IMG/VR virus record: IMGVR_UViG_3300026522_000029
Length of the DNA: 64,000 nucleotides
Source: an uncultured virus (IMG/VR IMGVR_UViG_3300026522_000029)
Lineage: Duplodnaviria; Heunggongvirae; Uroviricota; Caudoviricetes
Strand: one strand, 5' to 3'
How positions within the stretch are numbered: the first letter of the stretch is position 1; the number at the start of each line of letters is the position of its first letter. This document shows positions 10,602-19,071 of the stretch, in pieces. Position numbers and translations under genes: made by a program. The notes beneath the pieces are model-generated. The model was not told where the DNA came from and ran no database searches. It saw only the letters and a program-made list of their open reading frames with translations.

Positions 10602-10676
10602 GCCCTTGTAGCCCAATTGGTAGGAGGCAACTGACTTAGGATCAGTATAGTGCAAGTTCAAATCTTGTCAAGGGTA
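10602..10676 (+). tRNA. tRNA-Leu(TAG), short variable loop
   Basis: ACTGA-CT TAG GA-TCAGT; variable loop ATAGT. Confidence 0.88.
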
Positions 10677-10806
10677 TGAACCGTCTAGAGAAAACTTCAG
10701 TCACTCTCTAGAAAAAACTCAGCCAAGGTCAATAGTAAAACTGAAGTGCTATTGAATAATGTGGAAAGAGGGTTGGCTAAGGATGGTTAGGCTCCGCCAC
10801 ATATAT

Positions 10807-10882
10807 CGGCCTGTCCTCTAGTGACCAAGGAGATATAACTCTAAATTATAAAACGTGGGTTTGAATCCCACCAGGCCGTCCA
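10807..10882 (+). tRNA. amber suppressor tRNA(CTA) with tRNA-Glu-like body
   Basis: CGGCCTG/CAGGCCG acceptor, TATAA-CT CTA AA-TTATA (anticodon 10841-10843), GTGGG/CCCAC T-stem, encoded CCA. Confidence 0.92.
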
Positions 10883-10932
10883 CCTCCTTTCTTACTAGTG
10901 TTCTAGGAGGTTAAATTAGAAACGCTAGACTT

Positions 10933-11014
10933 GCTGCATGTCCGGGTGGTGAGGGAGCTGACTTGAAATCAGTTGATCCGAAAGGATTTGCACGTTCGAA
11001 TCGTGTGTGCAGCG
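10933..11014 (+). tRNA. tRNA-Ser(TGA)
   Basis: GCTGA-CT TGA AA-TCAGT; long variable arm; G73. Confidence 0.9.
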
Positions 11015-11042
11015 TTACTTTTACAAAGGAAGGTATAAATGT

Positions 11043-11405
11043 ATGGCAAATATTCTACCACGCTATAGGCGCAAGAGTGCTATGATTTAGAATTACTCTG
11101 GTGATGAAGTTCTGAATCTTAATAAACAAATTACAATAGAAAACAACACTATTTATATTGGTGGAATTTCTACTGGTATTAAAATTGAAGGCAAAGATGG
11201 TAAATCTGCTTATCAAATTGCAGTAGAACATGGATATAAAGGAACTGAAGAAGAATGGATTAAATCAATAGAAACTGGTCATCAAACTTCTTATGAAAGA
11301 GCAAAAGAGCTTATACCAGATATTTTACTTGCGAATGGTATTAATTCAGAAGAAAAGTTCTATAGACAAGTTCTTAATGAAATTAGGGATTTAGATACGA
11401 AATGA
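11043..11405 (+). CDS. hypothetical protein with GKSAYQIAVEHGYKGTEEEW motif (one in-frame TAG)
   Basis: ATG 11043, TAG 11088, TGA 11403; the motif usually accompanies collagen-like phage fibre repeats; absent from ORF track. Confidence 0.7.
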
Positions 11406-11694
11406 TGGGTATTATTGCTTTAATTGTTGTTGGTATCCTTGCTGCTTTTGATACTCTATTGGCATTAGGCTCGGATGATAATGACGATGATTGATTTTTC
11501 ATAAAATTTTTATTATAATATATGTATAAAATAAATAGTAATCCTCGTTACCAAAGAAGAATGGAGCATTGCTAATCCGCTTCGATTTGATCCTAGGAAT
11601 TTAAGAGAAGGGTAAGTTGATGAATATTGTAGCGATTGGCCAAGCGAAAGAATAATCGACTCTATGCAGTAAAGATTACTATTTATTTTTTATT

Positions 11695-11780
11695 GGAGAT
11701 ATGGTGTAATGGTATCACAAGGGATTGCTAATCCCTCCAACCTTTTACGGGTTGTCTCAGTTCGAATCTGGGTGTCTCCG
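11695..11780 (+). tRNA. tRNA-Ser(GCT)
   Basis: AGGGA-TT GCT AA-TCCCT; long variable arm. Confidence 0.92.
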
Positions 11781-11911
11781 TAACTCTAGGCTTAAAGAGT
11801 ATAAACATACAGCAGGTCGGGGATACGATTGGTTTCATGACTACTGAAAGATAGAAAGACTTAATTGTCTGGAGCGAGTCTTGTAGTTATATCCACAATA
11901 GCTCCAGTACA

Positions 11912-11982
11912 CGAGAACGTAGTGTAACAGTAACACACCGCTTTTGGGAAGCGGAGTAGCGGGGCGGCACCGACGTTTTCGA
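11912..11982 (+). tRNA. tRNA-Pro(TGG), 8-bp acceptor and short T-stem
   Basis: CCGCT-TT TGG GA-AGCGG; CGAGAACG/CGTTTTCG. Confidence 0.78.
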
Positions 11983-11984
11983 TT

Positions 11985-12097
11985 GACGAACGTAGCTCAA
12001 TAGGTAGAGCGTTAGATTTTTGAGATTTTTGTCTTGGTAAAGGCAATAACAGCGAACTTTATTCTAGGTGTTGCAAGTTCAAATCTTGCCGTTCGTC
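11985..12097 (+). ncRNA. tRNA-His-like RNA with a 46-nt insert in place of the anticodon loop
   Basis: G-1:C73 8-bp acceptor, canonical D and T arms, TTAGA/TCTAG stem enclosing 12017-12062. Confidence 0.75.
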
Positions 12098-12128
12098 TGG
12101 AGGCTGTCCATGGAGGCCCATTATATAT

Positions 12129-12200
12129 CGAGATCGTAGTGTAATGGTTAGCACCCCTTGCTTGGGACAAGGTAGAGGCGTTCGAGTCGCACGATTTCGA
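12129..12200 (+). tRNA. tRNA-Pro(TGG), 8-bp acceptor and short T-stem
   Basis: CCTTG-CT TGG GA-CAAGG; CGAGATCG/CGATTTCG. Confidence 0.82.
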
Positions 12201-12505
12201 TTTAAATTAAGTGGTCTTATTTGCTGTCGATGCTAGACTTTTAGCAGCAAGATAAGTGTAGGAAACATCATTCTAATATGATGAAAAAAGATGCCAACAA
12301 AAGTATCCAATACTACTCCTATCCTATAGAGCATCTTGGCGCGGGAGACGTCCCGATGACCTTCTTGGAGAAGCAGCAACTAGATACAGACCTAGTATAA
12401 AAAGGTGACGCGCTGGCAGATCGCAAGTTCGCAATAGTCTGCCAAATTTTAATCAAAGAAGTGAGTCCTCAAAGAATAGAAGTAGGATTCCAAAGGAGTA
12501 TTGAA

Positions 12506-12811
12506 ATGAGAACTTATTATGAATCTGATAATGGAAAGACATTTGAATCTGAAGAGGAAGCAAGAGAAGAGGACAAAAAGTATCTTGCAACTCAAAAGAA
12601 GGAAGAAGCAGCTAAGGCAGAGCGTAAAGAGGCTTCTCAGAAAGTTATTGATGCGTATAAGAGTGCTGCTAAAGCCAAAAGAGACGCAGAGAAGGAAATG
12701 CAGAAATTTATTGATAAATATGGTAGCTTCCACACAACTCTGAGAGGAGACGATTGCAAAGATTTCTTTGAATCTCCGATTGATCTTTTCTTTGACCATC
12801 TTTGGTTCTAA
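12506..12811 (+). CDS. hypothetical coiled-coil protein
   Basis: AAGGAG RBS before ATG 12506. Confidence 0.75.
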   Translation: MRTYYESDNGKTFESEEEAREEDKKYLATQKKEEAAKAERKEASQKVIDAYKSAAKAKRDAEKEMQKFIDKYGSFHTTLRGDDCKDFFESPIDLFFDHLWF

Positions 12812-12926
12812 TGGGCGGGCGCCGCTCGACCGTCACGGTTTAACGGGCGCCGCCGCACAGGTTTCGCTTAACCTTTAATAAGTACGTATAAGCATCTGGG
12901 GCACTACTAAATGCTCCAGATTATCT

Positions 12927-12999
12927 AGGGGCGTAACATAACTGGTTAGTGTACTAGACTTTGACTCTAGGTATCCCCGTTCGATCCGGGGCGTCCTTG
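12927..12999 (+). tRNA. tRNA-Gln(TTG)
   Basis: CTAGA-CT TTG AC-TCTAG; CCCCG/CGGGG T-stem. Confidence 0.9.
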
Positions 13000-13102
13000 T
13001 TTTCCATATATAAATGATGATAGGATGTTTCAATAAGTTGATTTTTTGAAAATTTTTTGATATAATATATACATAAGATAAAGAAAGAGGAGAAAAAGAA
13101 AA

Positions 13103-13273
13103 ATGACATTTGAAGCGAATAATGCAGTTACATACTTTCCAGATGGAATTGAGACTCATGAACAGAAGCGTCAGTATCGTGCAAAGATGGCGCAGAAATG
13201 GGATAAAGTCATGAGAGAGCTTGACAAGGTTTTTAAAGAAAACAAGAGAAAAATGCTGAAAGCAATTCAGTAA
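13103..13273 (+). CDS. small hypothetical protein
   Basis: Promoter 13038, AGGAG RBS, 56 codons. Confidence 0.6.
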   Translation: MTFEANNAVTYFPDGIETHEQKRQYRAKMAQKWDKVMRELDKVFKENKRKMLKAIQ

Positions 13274-13335
13274 TACAATACATATTATACCTCCTTTCCT
13301 TTGCGCGGGCGGCCGCATATAATAGTCGCCCTCTT

Positions 13336-13408
13336 GCTCGATTAACATACGCTAGTTAATGTACTGATCTTCCACGTCAGGAAGTTGGGGCAGCACCAAC
13401 ATCGAGCT
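13336..13408 (+). tRNA. tRNA-Gly(TCC)
   Basis: CT TCC AC loop; GCTCGAT/ATCGAGC acceptor; U73; atypical T-loop GGCAGCA. Confidence 0.8.
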
Positions 13409-13771
13409 TTAACCTTTAGGCAATTACAGCAAATATTTAATAATCTGATAGGTTTCTGATTTTATTTATATTGCCTAGTAACAGCTTTCATACTTTCCCT
13501 CCTTTCTTTCGATAAAATGGGGCACACAGCAAACAGCAAACAACAAGGTACAATTAAGTAGGAAAAACTTCGAGTAACTGCCCCTCGAAAGTATAGTGAA
13601 AGAAGTTTTGTAAGGACTGGGCTACGGCCTAGTCCTATTTTTTTATGGGTGGCGGTATGAAAAATAAAGCAGTAAGCAAGGCTCTTGTTAGCTGTATTAA
13701 GCAAAACATAGTTGTGATGAACAAGTTATCATTTAAATAAAAAAACGTAGTAAATTAAGGAGATTGAAAGT

Positions 13772-15259
13772 ATGTATAATTCATTTGTAAATGCGTTAGA
13801 AAAGAATTTAAATTATACTAGAACAGAAAACTTTGGATTAGCTCATCGTCATACTGACTCCAAGGTTCTAGAGCTGTTTGGACTGGGCGCCGCCTATCGT
13901 AGTCGTTCGGATGATGACTGTATTCTTTTGTTCAAAAGCGCATATGAAGAAGACCCAGATCTTGCTATGAAGTGTCTGTTCTACATCCGTAATATAAGAG
14001 GAGGCCAGGGCGAAAGAAGATTTTTCAGAGTTTGCTTTAGGTGGCTATGTGACCATTACCCACAGTCTGCTATAAAAAACTTTGATAATGTTGTAAGATT
14101 GGGTAGATGGGACGATCTGATTTATTCTGCGGAAGGAACTCAGGTTGAGTCTGAAATGCTGAAGTTCGTAGGTAAACAACTTATAAGAGATTTGAATTGC
14201 TCTACCCCTTCATTGCTTTGTAAGTGGTGTCCATCAGCTAACGCGTCTAGTAGAGAAACTAGGCGAGTCGCCCGTAAAATCGTTAATGCATTTGGAGTGA
14301 CAGAAAAGCAATATCGGCAGGCTCTTTCTCTATTGAGAAGCAGAATTAATATTGTTGAAAAGTTAATGTCTGAGAATAAATGGGATGAAATTTCTTTTGA
14401 TAGCATTCCGTCAAAAGCAGGATTGAAATATTCTCATGCTTTTCAGACTAGAGACGAAACAAGAGAACGTTATGCGGAATTTATCAATAGCAAAAAGACT
14501 AAGGTAAATGCGGCCGCCCTTTATCCATATGAAGTTGTCAATAAAGCTATTCATGTTTCTGGAAATGATAAAATAGCTAGAAATGTTGTTGACAAATATT
14601 GGGATAATCTTCCAGATTATTTTGATGGCACATCTAGCAATATGTTATGCGTTGTAGATACATCTGGAAGTATGATGGGCGCACCAATCAATGTTGCTAT
14701 TTCTCTTGGTATGTATTGTGCAGAACATTTGAATGGGCCATTCCATAATAAATATATCAGTTTTGCATCCCGCCCGCAGTTAATTGATATTGAAGGAGTA
14801 GATTTTGTAGATAAAGTTAAAAGAATTTATTACACAAATCTCTGTGATAATACTAATCTTGAAGCTGTATTTGATCTACTTCTTGATACTATTGTAGAAA
14901 AGAATATACTAAAAGAAGATATCCCCCATACTATTTGTGTAATTTCAGATATGGAAATAGACAGGGCTACTAGTCAATATCCTTGGGAGACAAAGAGAAA
15001 GAGTTGGACTAAAGATTCAGCAGTAACAGAGATGGAGAAGATTCGTAACAAATGGGCGGCGGCAGGTGTAGAACTTCCTAAATTAGTATATTGGAATGTC
15101 AATGCTAGACATAATTTGTTTCTTGATTCTGGTGACGCAGTTTCTTTTGTATCTGGCGCATCTCCAGTACTTTTTAAATCAGTACTGACGCAGAAAAGTG
15201 GTTATGAATTGATGATGGAAGTTCTCAATGGAGCAGATTATGCTAATATTAAAGCTTGA
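13772..15259 (+). CDS. DUF2828-family (TROVE/Ro60-like) protein with C-terminal vWA domain
   Basis: RNIRGGQGERRFFR, GRWDDL, LYPYE, MIDAS DTSGSM, VISDME, LVYWNV. Confidence 0.85.
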   Translation: MYNSFVNALEKNLNYTRTENFGLAHRHTDSKVLELFGLGAAYRSRSDDDCILLFKSAYEEDPDLAMKCLFYIRNIRGGQGERRFFRVCFRWLCDHYPQSAIKNFDNVVRLGRWDDLIYSAEGTQVESEMLKFVGKQLIRDLNCSTPSLLCKWCPSANASSRETRRVARKIVNAFGVTEKQYRQALSLLRSRINIVEKLMSENKWDEISFDSIPSKAGLKYSHAFQTRDETRERYAEFINSKKTKVNAAALYPYEVVNKAIHVSGNDKIARNVVDKYWDNLPDYFDGTSSNMLCVVDTSGSMMGAPINVAISLGMYCAEHLNGPFHNKYISFASRPQLIDIEGVDFVDKVKRIYYTNLCDNTNLEAVFDLLLDTIVEKNILKEDIPHTICVISDMEIDRATSQYPWETKRKSWTKDSAVTEMEKIRNKWAAAGVELPKLVYWNVNARHNLFLDSGDAVSFVSGASPVLFKSVLTQKSGYELMMEVLNGADYANIKA

Positions 15260-15369
15260 TTCTTTAAAATGGAGAAGACTTGACATCTTCTCCATTTTTT
15301 TATTGCCTTTTTATAAAAAATATTATATAATATATTTATAAAATAATAGAAAGTAAGAGGAAAAGATAA

Positions 15370-16371
15370 ATGAAGGGATATAAGGTTTTTAATAAAAACT
15401 GGATGTGTCGAGATAAACAATACACTTGCCCAGGATATTTTGAGGAAAATGTTGTACCTAAAGTATGTGAAGCGGGGATGCATTTCTGCAAAATAGTAGT
15501 AGATTGCTTCAATTATTATAACTTCGATCCTAATTATCATGTAGCAGAAGTAGAAGCAGTAGGAGAAATAGACACAGATGGTAAAAAATCGTGTACAAAC
15601 AAGTTAAAAATCATTCGTGAGATTCCTTGGGATAAAGTTCTTAGACTTGTAAATATTGGCAAAAATTGTACTGGAAAATCCAACACTGGCAATTATAATA
15701 CTGGTAACTGTAACGTAGGTAATTATAATACTGGTAATTATAATACTGGTAATAGTAATACTAATAATGGGAATTCCGGTAATCGGAATACTGGCATGCA
15801 TAATATCGGTGACGGCAATACAGGTATGTTTAATATAGGTAGCTATAATACAGGTGGCTGGAATATAGGAAATTGGAATGCGGGTGATTGGAATTTTACC
15901 GATCATAGCATTGGGTGTTTTTGTACTGAAGAGCAGAAGATTAAGATGTTCGATAAAGAAACCGAGTGGACGTTTGATAATTGGACTAGGTCAAAAGGCT
16001 ATTGGGTAATGTTAAACTGCCCATCACAAAATATAAAAAATATTGAGTGGGTTGATAAAGAAGATATGTCTGAGGAAGAAAAAAAGTGTCATCCTATATA
16101 CAAAGTAATTGGTGGCTATTTGAAAGTAGATAAAAATTATTTAGACCGTCAGATGTGGTGGGATAATCTCAAACAAAATGAAAAACAGGCTGTTTATGAC
16201 CTTCCAAACTTTGATGCGGAAAAATTTTACAAATGTACAGGAATAAAGGTGGACAAATATGAGATAAGCAATCAACAGAGTTCAGGGTTATCTTACGGAT
16301 TATCTTCCAATCGAACAATGTGCGGAATTGGAAGAAATTATCAAAGCACTAAAACAAGAGCCTATTCTTGA
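15370..16371 (+). CDS. pentapeptide (NTGxx) repeat protein
   Basis: KGYKVF...GMHFC N-domain, about 14 NTG/NIG five-residue repeats, LPNFDAEKF end. Confidence 0.8.
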   Translation: MKGYKVFNKNWMCRDKQYTCPGYFEENVVPKVCEAGMHFCKIVVDCFNYYNFDPNYHVAEVEAVGEIDTDGKKSCTNKLKIIREIPWDKVLRLVNIGKNCTGKSNTGNYNTGNCNVGNYNTGNYNTGNSNTNNGNSGNRNTGMHNIGDGNTGMFNIGSYNTGGWNIGNWNAGDWNFTDHSIGCFCTEEQKIKMFDKETEWTFDNWTRSKGYWVMLNCPSQNIKNIEWVDKEDMSEEEKKCHPIYKVIGGYLKVDKNYLDRQMWWDNLKQNEKQAVYDLPNFDAEKFYKCTGIKVDKYEISNQQSSGLSYGLSSNRTMCGIGRNYQSTKTRAYS

Positions 16372-16522
16372 CAAGACGAGAGATGAATTTATTGCTAGGT
16401 ATCCAAAGAATTATGCAGGCGAGCCTGAACTTGGTGGCTATTCTTGTGAATTTTCTCTTAATCAAATATTGCAGATTATCGACAAGTACAGAATAGAAAT
16501 GAAGAGGGAAGAAGAGAGATGA
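16328..16522 (+). CDS. hypothetical protein
   Basis: KALKQEP motif shared with the 16779 gene; start uncertain. Confidence 0.5.
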   Translation: MEEIIKALKQEPILDKTRDEFIARYPKNYAGEPELGGYSCEFSLNQILQIIDKYRIEMKREEER

Positions 16523-16782
16523 CAATAGAGGAAGCAATTATTGGATTAAAAGGCATTAAGACTGGACGTGTATTTATGAACAAGAAAGCTTTCAAGAATG
16601 TCCTTGATATGGCGATCCATTCCTTAGAAATGCAGAAAGAATTAGCAGAGTATAGCGGTTTGGATATTTGCCAATTCGTTGAGGACTATGATTATGAAGA
16701 AAACGACATCTCTGAATATGAATATGAGGATAGTGTTGATAACTTTTTGATTGATGAAGTAAAGGAAGGGGAAGAAGAATGA
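16519..16782 (+). CDS. hypothetical protein
   Basis: ATGA-coupled ORF. Confidence 0.65.
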   Translation: MTIEEAIIGLKGIKTGRVFMNKKAFKNVLDMAIHSLEMQKELAEYSGLDICQFVEDYDYEENDISEYEYEDSVDNFLIDEVKEGEEE

Positions 16783-17225
16783 CGACGGAAGAGCGAGAGA
16801 AAGCAATCGATTTGTTAGATAACCTAATCGGAGCGGTAGAGGATAACCAGGGCAACGACTACGATTTAGCGCTCAAAATGGCTATCAAATCACTAGAGCA
16901 AGAGCCTTGCGATGATGCGGTGAGTAGACAGGCGGTATGTGAATTTCTTGAGAATCACGCAAAAACTTATGATGATGTAAGAGTTAGGATTGGGTTAAAA
17001 GCAGGAAGTTCGTTAGTTGCCAATCCAGACAATGTACCATCTGTAACCCCCTCGCATAAGAAAGGAGAATGGGTAAAAGTAACAAATGGCAGGGGTGGAC
17101 ATGAATGTAATATCTGTCATGCGTATGCACCAAGCTATCAAAACGGTGATGAACACCTGTCAGAATTTTGCCCGAATTGCGGCGCAAAGATGGATTAGGA
17201 TAAACACCATGTGGATAGCAATTAA
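16779..17225 (+). CDS. zinc-ribbon hypothetical protein (reads through TAG 17196)
   Basis: CNIC...FCPNCGAKMD*DKHH; next TAA at 17223. Confidence 0.7.
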
Positions 17226-17499
17226 AAATAGGGACGATGGGAAAAAGATGATAATAAACACTGATCATATTGACGCGATTTACCCAGAATTATATACTAT
17301 ATTTTTTACTGGGGAAGATGATCCGTTGTACATTGATGAAAAATCTAATAGATAAAATTGAAAACGCATGAGACGAAAATCGCAAAAAGAGTAATCTAAA
17401 ATCTTCCACTTTTTTATTGCATTTTTATTAAAAATATAATATAATAACAATAGAAAGAAATGAAAGAGAAAATAATATAAGTAAAAAGGTGAGAATAAA

Positions 17500-18246
17500 A
17501 TGAACAACAAAAGAGATGCAATGGGAGATAGATTTAAAGAATATGAAGCTGTGAGTAACATTAAGCTGACTCGCAGAACTCCTGTTATTTTAAGACTTGA
17601 TATGTGCCATGGGCATACTTTTACTAGAGGATTCGATAAACCATTTGATGATATCTTTATCTGTTGTATGCAGCATACTATGAAGTATCTCTGTGAGCAT
17701 GTTCAGAATTGCGTTTTTGTTTATACTCAAAGTGATGAAATCAGTCTTGTTTTAGTTGACTATAAAACGTTAGAAACGTCTGCATGGTTTGATAATAAGG
17801 TCGAAAAGATTTGCAGCGTCGCAGCTTCATTTGCTACTTATGCTTTTAATAAAGCTTTTGCTGAAGAGCCATATGATGAACCAGCAAAATATAAATGTGC
17901 ATATGAGAGCGGTGCTACATTTGATTGCAGGTGTTTTAATGTACCAAAAGAAGAAGTAGCTAATTATTTCTATTGGAGACAGAAGGATGCAGTAAGAAAT
18001 TCAGTTGAGGCTACTGCACAAGCTAATTTTCCTCAGAAAAAATTACTGGGGAAGTGCCAGAAAGATTTACTTGAAATGCTTAAAGGAATTGGAGTTGACT
18101 GGTACGCTTATCCTTTATGGATTCAGCGGGGCGCGGCCTGCTTAAAGACACCTGAGGTCGGTTGGTCGATAGAATTTAACATCCCAATGTTTAAAGGCGA
18201 GAAAGGTAGAGATTTTATTGAAAGATATGTCTATGTAAATGAATAA
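17500..18246 (+). CDS. tRNA(His) guanylyltransferase Thg1-like protein
   Basis: RLD.C.GHTFT, KPFD, YTQSDEISL, FDCR, YFYWRQKDA.RNS. Confidence 0.92.
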   Translation: MNNKRDAMGDRFKEYEAVSNIKLTRRTPVILRLDMCHGHTFTRGFDKPFDDIFICCMQHTMKYLCEHVQNCVFVYTQSDEISLVLVDYKTLETSAWFDNKVEKICSVAASFATYAFNKAFAEEPYDEPAKYKCAYESGATFDCRCFNVPKEEVANYFYWRQKDAVRNSVEATAQANFPQKKLLGKCQKDLLEMLKGIGVDWYAYPLWIQRGAACLKTPEVGWSIEFNIPMFKGEKGRDFIERYVYVNE

Positions 18247-18267
18247 AATATGAAATATAGGAGGTAA

Positions 18268-18507
18268 TTGAAAGTGCTGAATAAGGATAAACAGGAAGCA
18301 TATGCTGCTACTGTAAAAGAAATTATGAGTTCTATCCAGCCTGATCTCGTTGCGGCAATCAGTGCAAGCACACAGGCAGAACTTCTAAAGGAAGGCATGG
18401 CAAGCATTAGTCCTTATGCGATTGCTAATGGTGAATCTGTTGCAGATACCGTTAATAAGTTGCTTAGAGGAACATCTCTTGAAGAGATTATTAATGTTAA
18501 AGGCTAA
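18268..18507 (+). pseudogene. C-terminal fragment resembling prokaryotic major-vault-like protein tails
   Basis: IQPDLVAA...ISPYAIANGESVADTVNKLLRGTSLE; recognised from memory only. Confidence 0.4.
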
Positions 18508-18604
18508 TTAAAATAAATATTACAAGGGGATATAAAAAATCCCCTTGTAATATTTATAAAAATTATATTATAATATACATAGAATATAAAAAGGAAAAAT
18601 TTTT

Positions 18605-18805
18605 ATGGAAAATCAATATATTATTTCAGAATCAGAATTAATTGATCTTTTAGCAACATACCATTATGCTAATTGCTTAGATGCAGAAGGTGTAGATAAT
18701 TGGTCATGGTATATGACCAATAAAGAAGAATATCTTGGTAATTTTGAATCTTTTGAAGATAAGGCTAAAGATGATTTAAAATATTATACAAAAATAGAGG
18801 TTTAA
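18605..18805 (+). CDS. hypothetical protein
   Basis: GVDNWSWY motif common in phage proteins. Confidence 0.7.
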   Translation: MENQYIISESELIDLLATYHYANCLDAEGVDNWSWYMTNKEEYLGNFESFEDKAKDDLKYYTKIEV

Positions 18806-18808
18806 ATT

Positions 18809-19069
18809 ATGTTCATTACAGGATGGTTGTCTCCAGAAGGTAAAATGTATAATTGCGAATATGATGGAGAACAACATTTTAAACCTGTATTTAACTTTGA
18901 CACAGAAGAATCTTTTAAAAAACGTCAATGTCATGATAAAGAAAAGAATAAATATTGTTTTGATAACAATATTACTTTAATCAGAATACCATATATACAT
19001 TACAATAATCTATGTTTAAATGATTTGTTAGAAAATAGCCAATTTATTATTAAAAAAGAGGTAATATAA
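18809..19069 (+). pseudogene. chimeric remnant ending in a Vsr/DUF559-like endonuclease C-terminus
   Basis: EYDGEQHF...HDKEKNKYC...LIRIPY. Confidence 0.55.
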
Positions 19070-19071
19070 TA

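Larger units (their letters stand above)
1188..15331 (+). promoter_or_regulatory. family of repeated sigma-A/sigma70-type early promoters (TTGNNN-17 nt-TATAAT)
   Basis: Exact 17-nt spacing with -35 at 1188, 2522 (TTGACA), 4443, 6666, 7806, 9774, 10327, 11491, 13038 and 15303; similar -10 blocks near 370, 1800, 17440 and 18570. Confidence 0.85.

Noticed and set aside
10807..10882. Pyrrolysine tRNA
   Set aside because: 5-bp anticodon stem, 2-nt linker and 4-nt variable loop do not fit tRNA-Pyl; no pyl genes in window
10602..11014. TAG and TGA anticodon tRNAs as further suppressors
   Set aside because: Anticodons TAG and TGA read CTA (Leu) and TCA (Ser)
9582..13704. Minus-strand track ORFs across the tRNA region
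   Set aside because: Antisense to tRNA/tmRNA or to real genes; no RBS or recognisable motifs
15682..15895. Short periodic repeats as a CRISPR array
   Set aside because: 15-nt period encoding pentapeptide repeats; no spacers or cas genes
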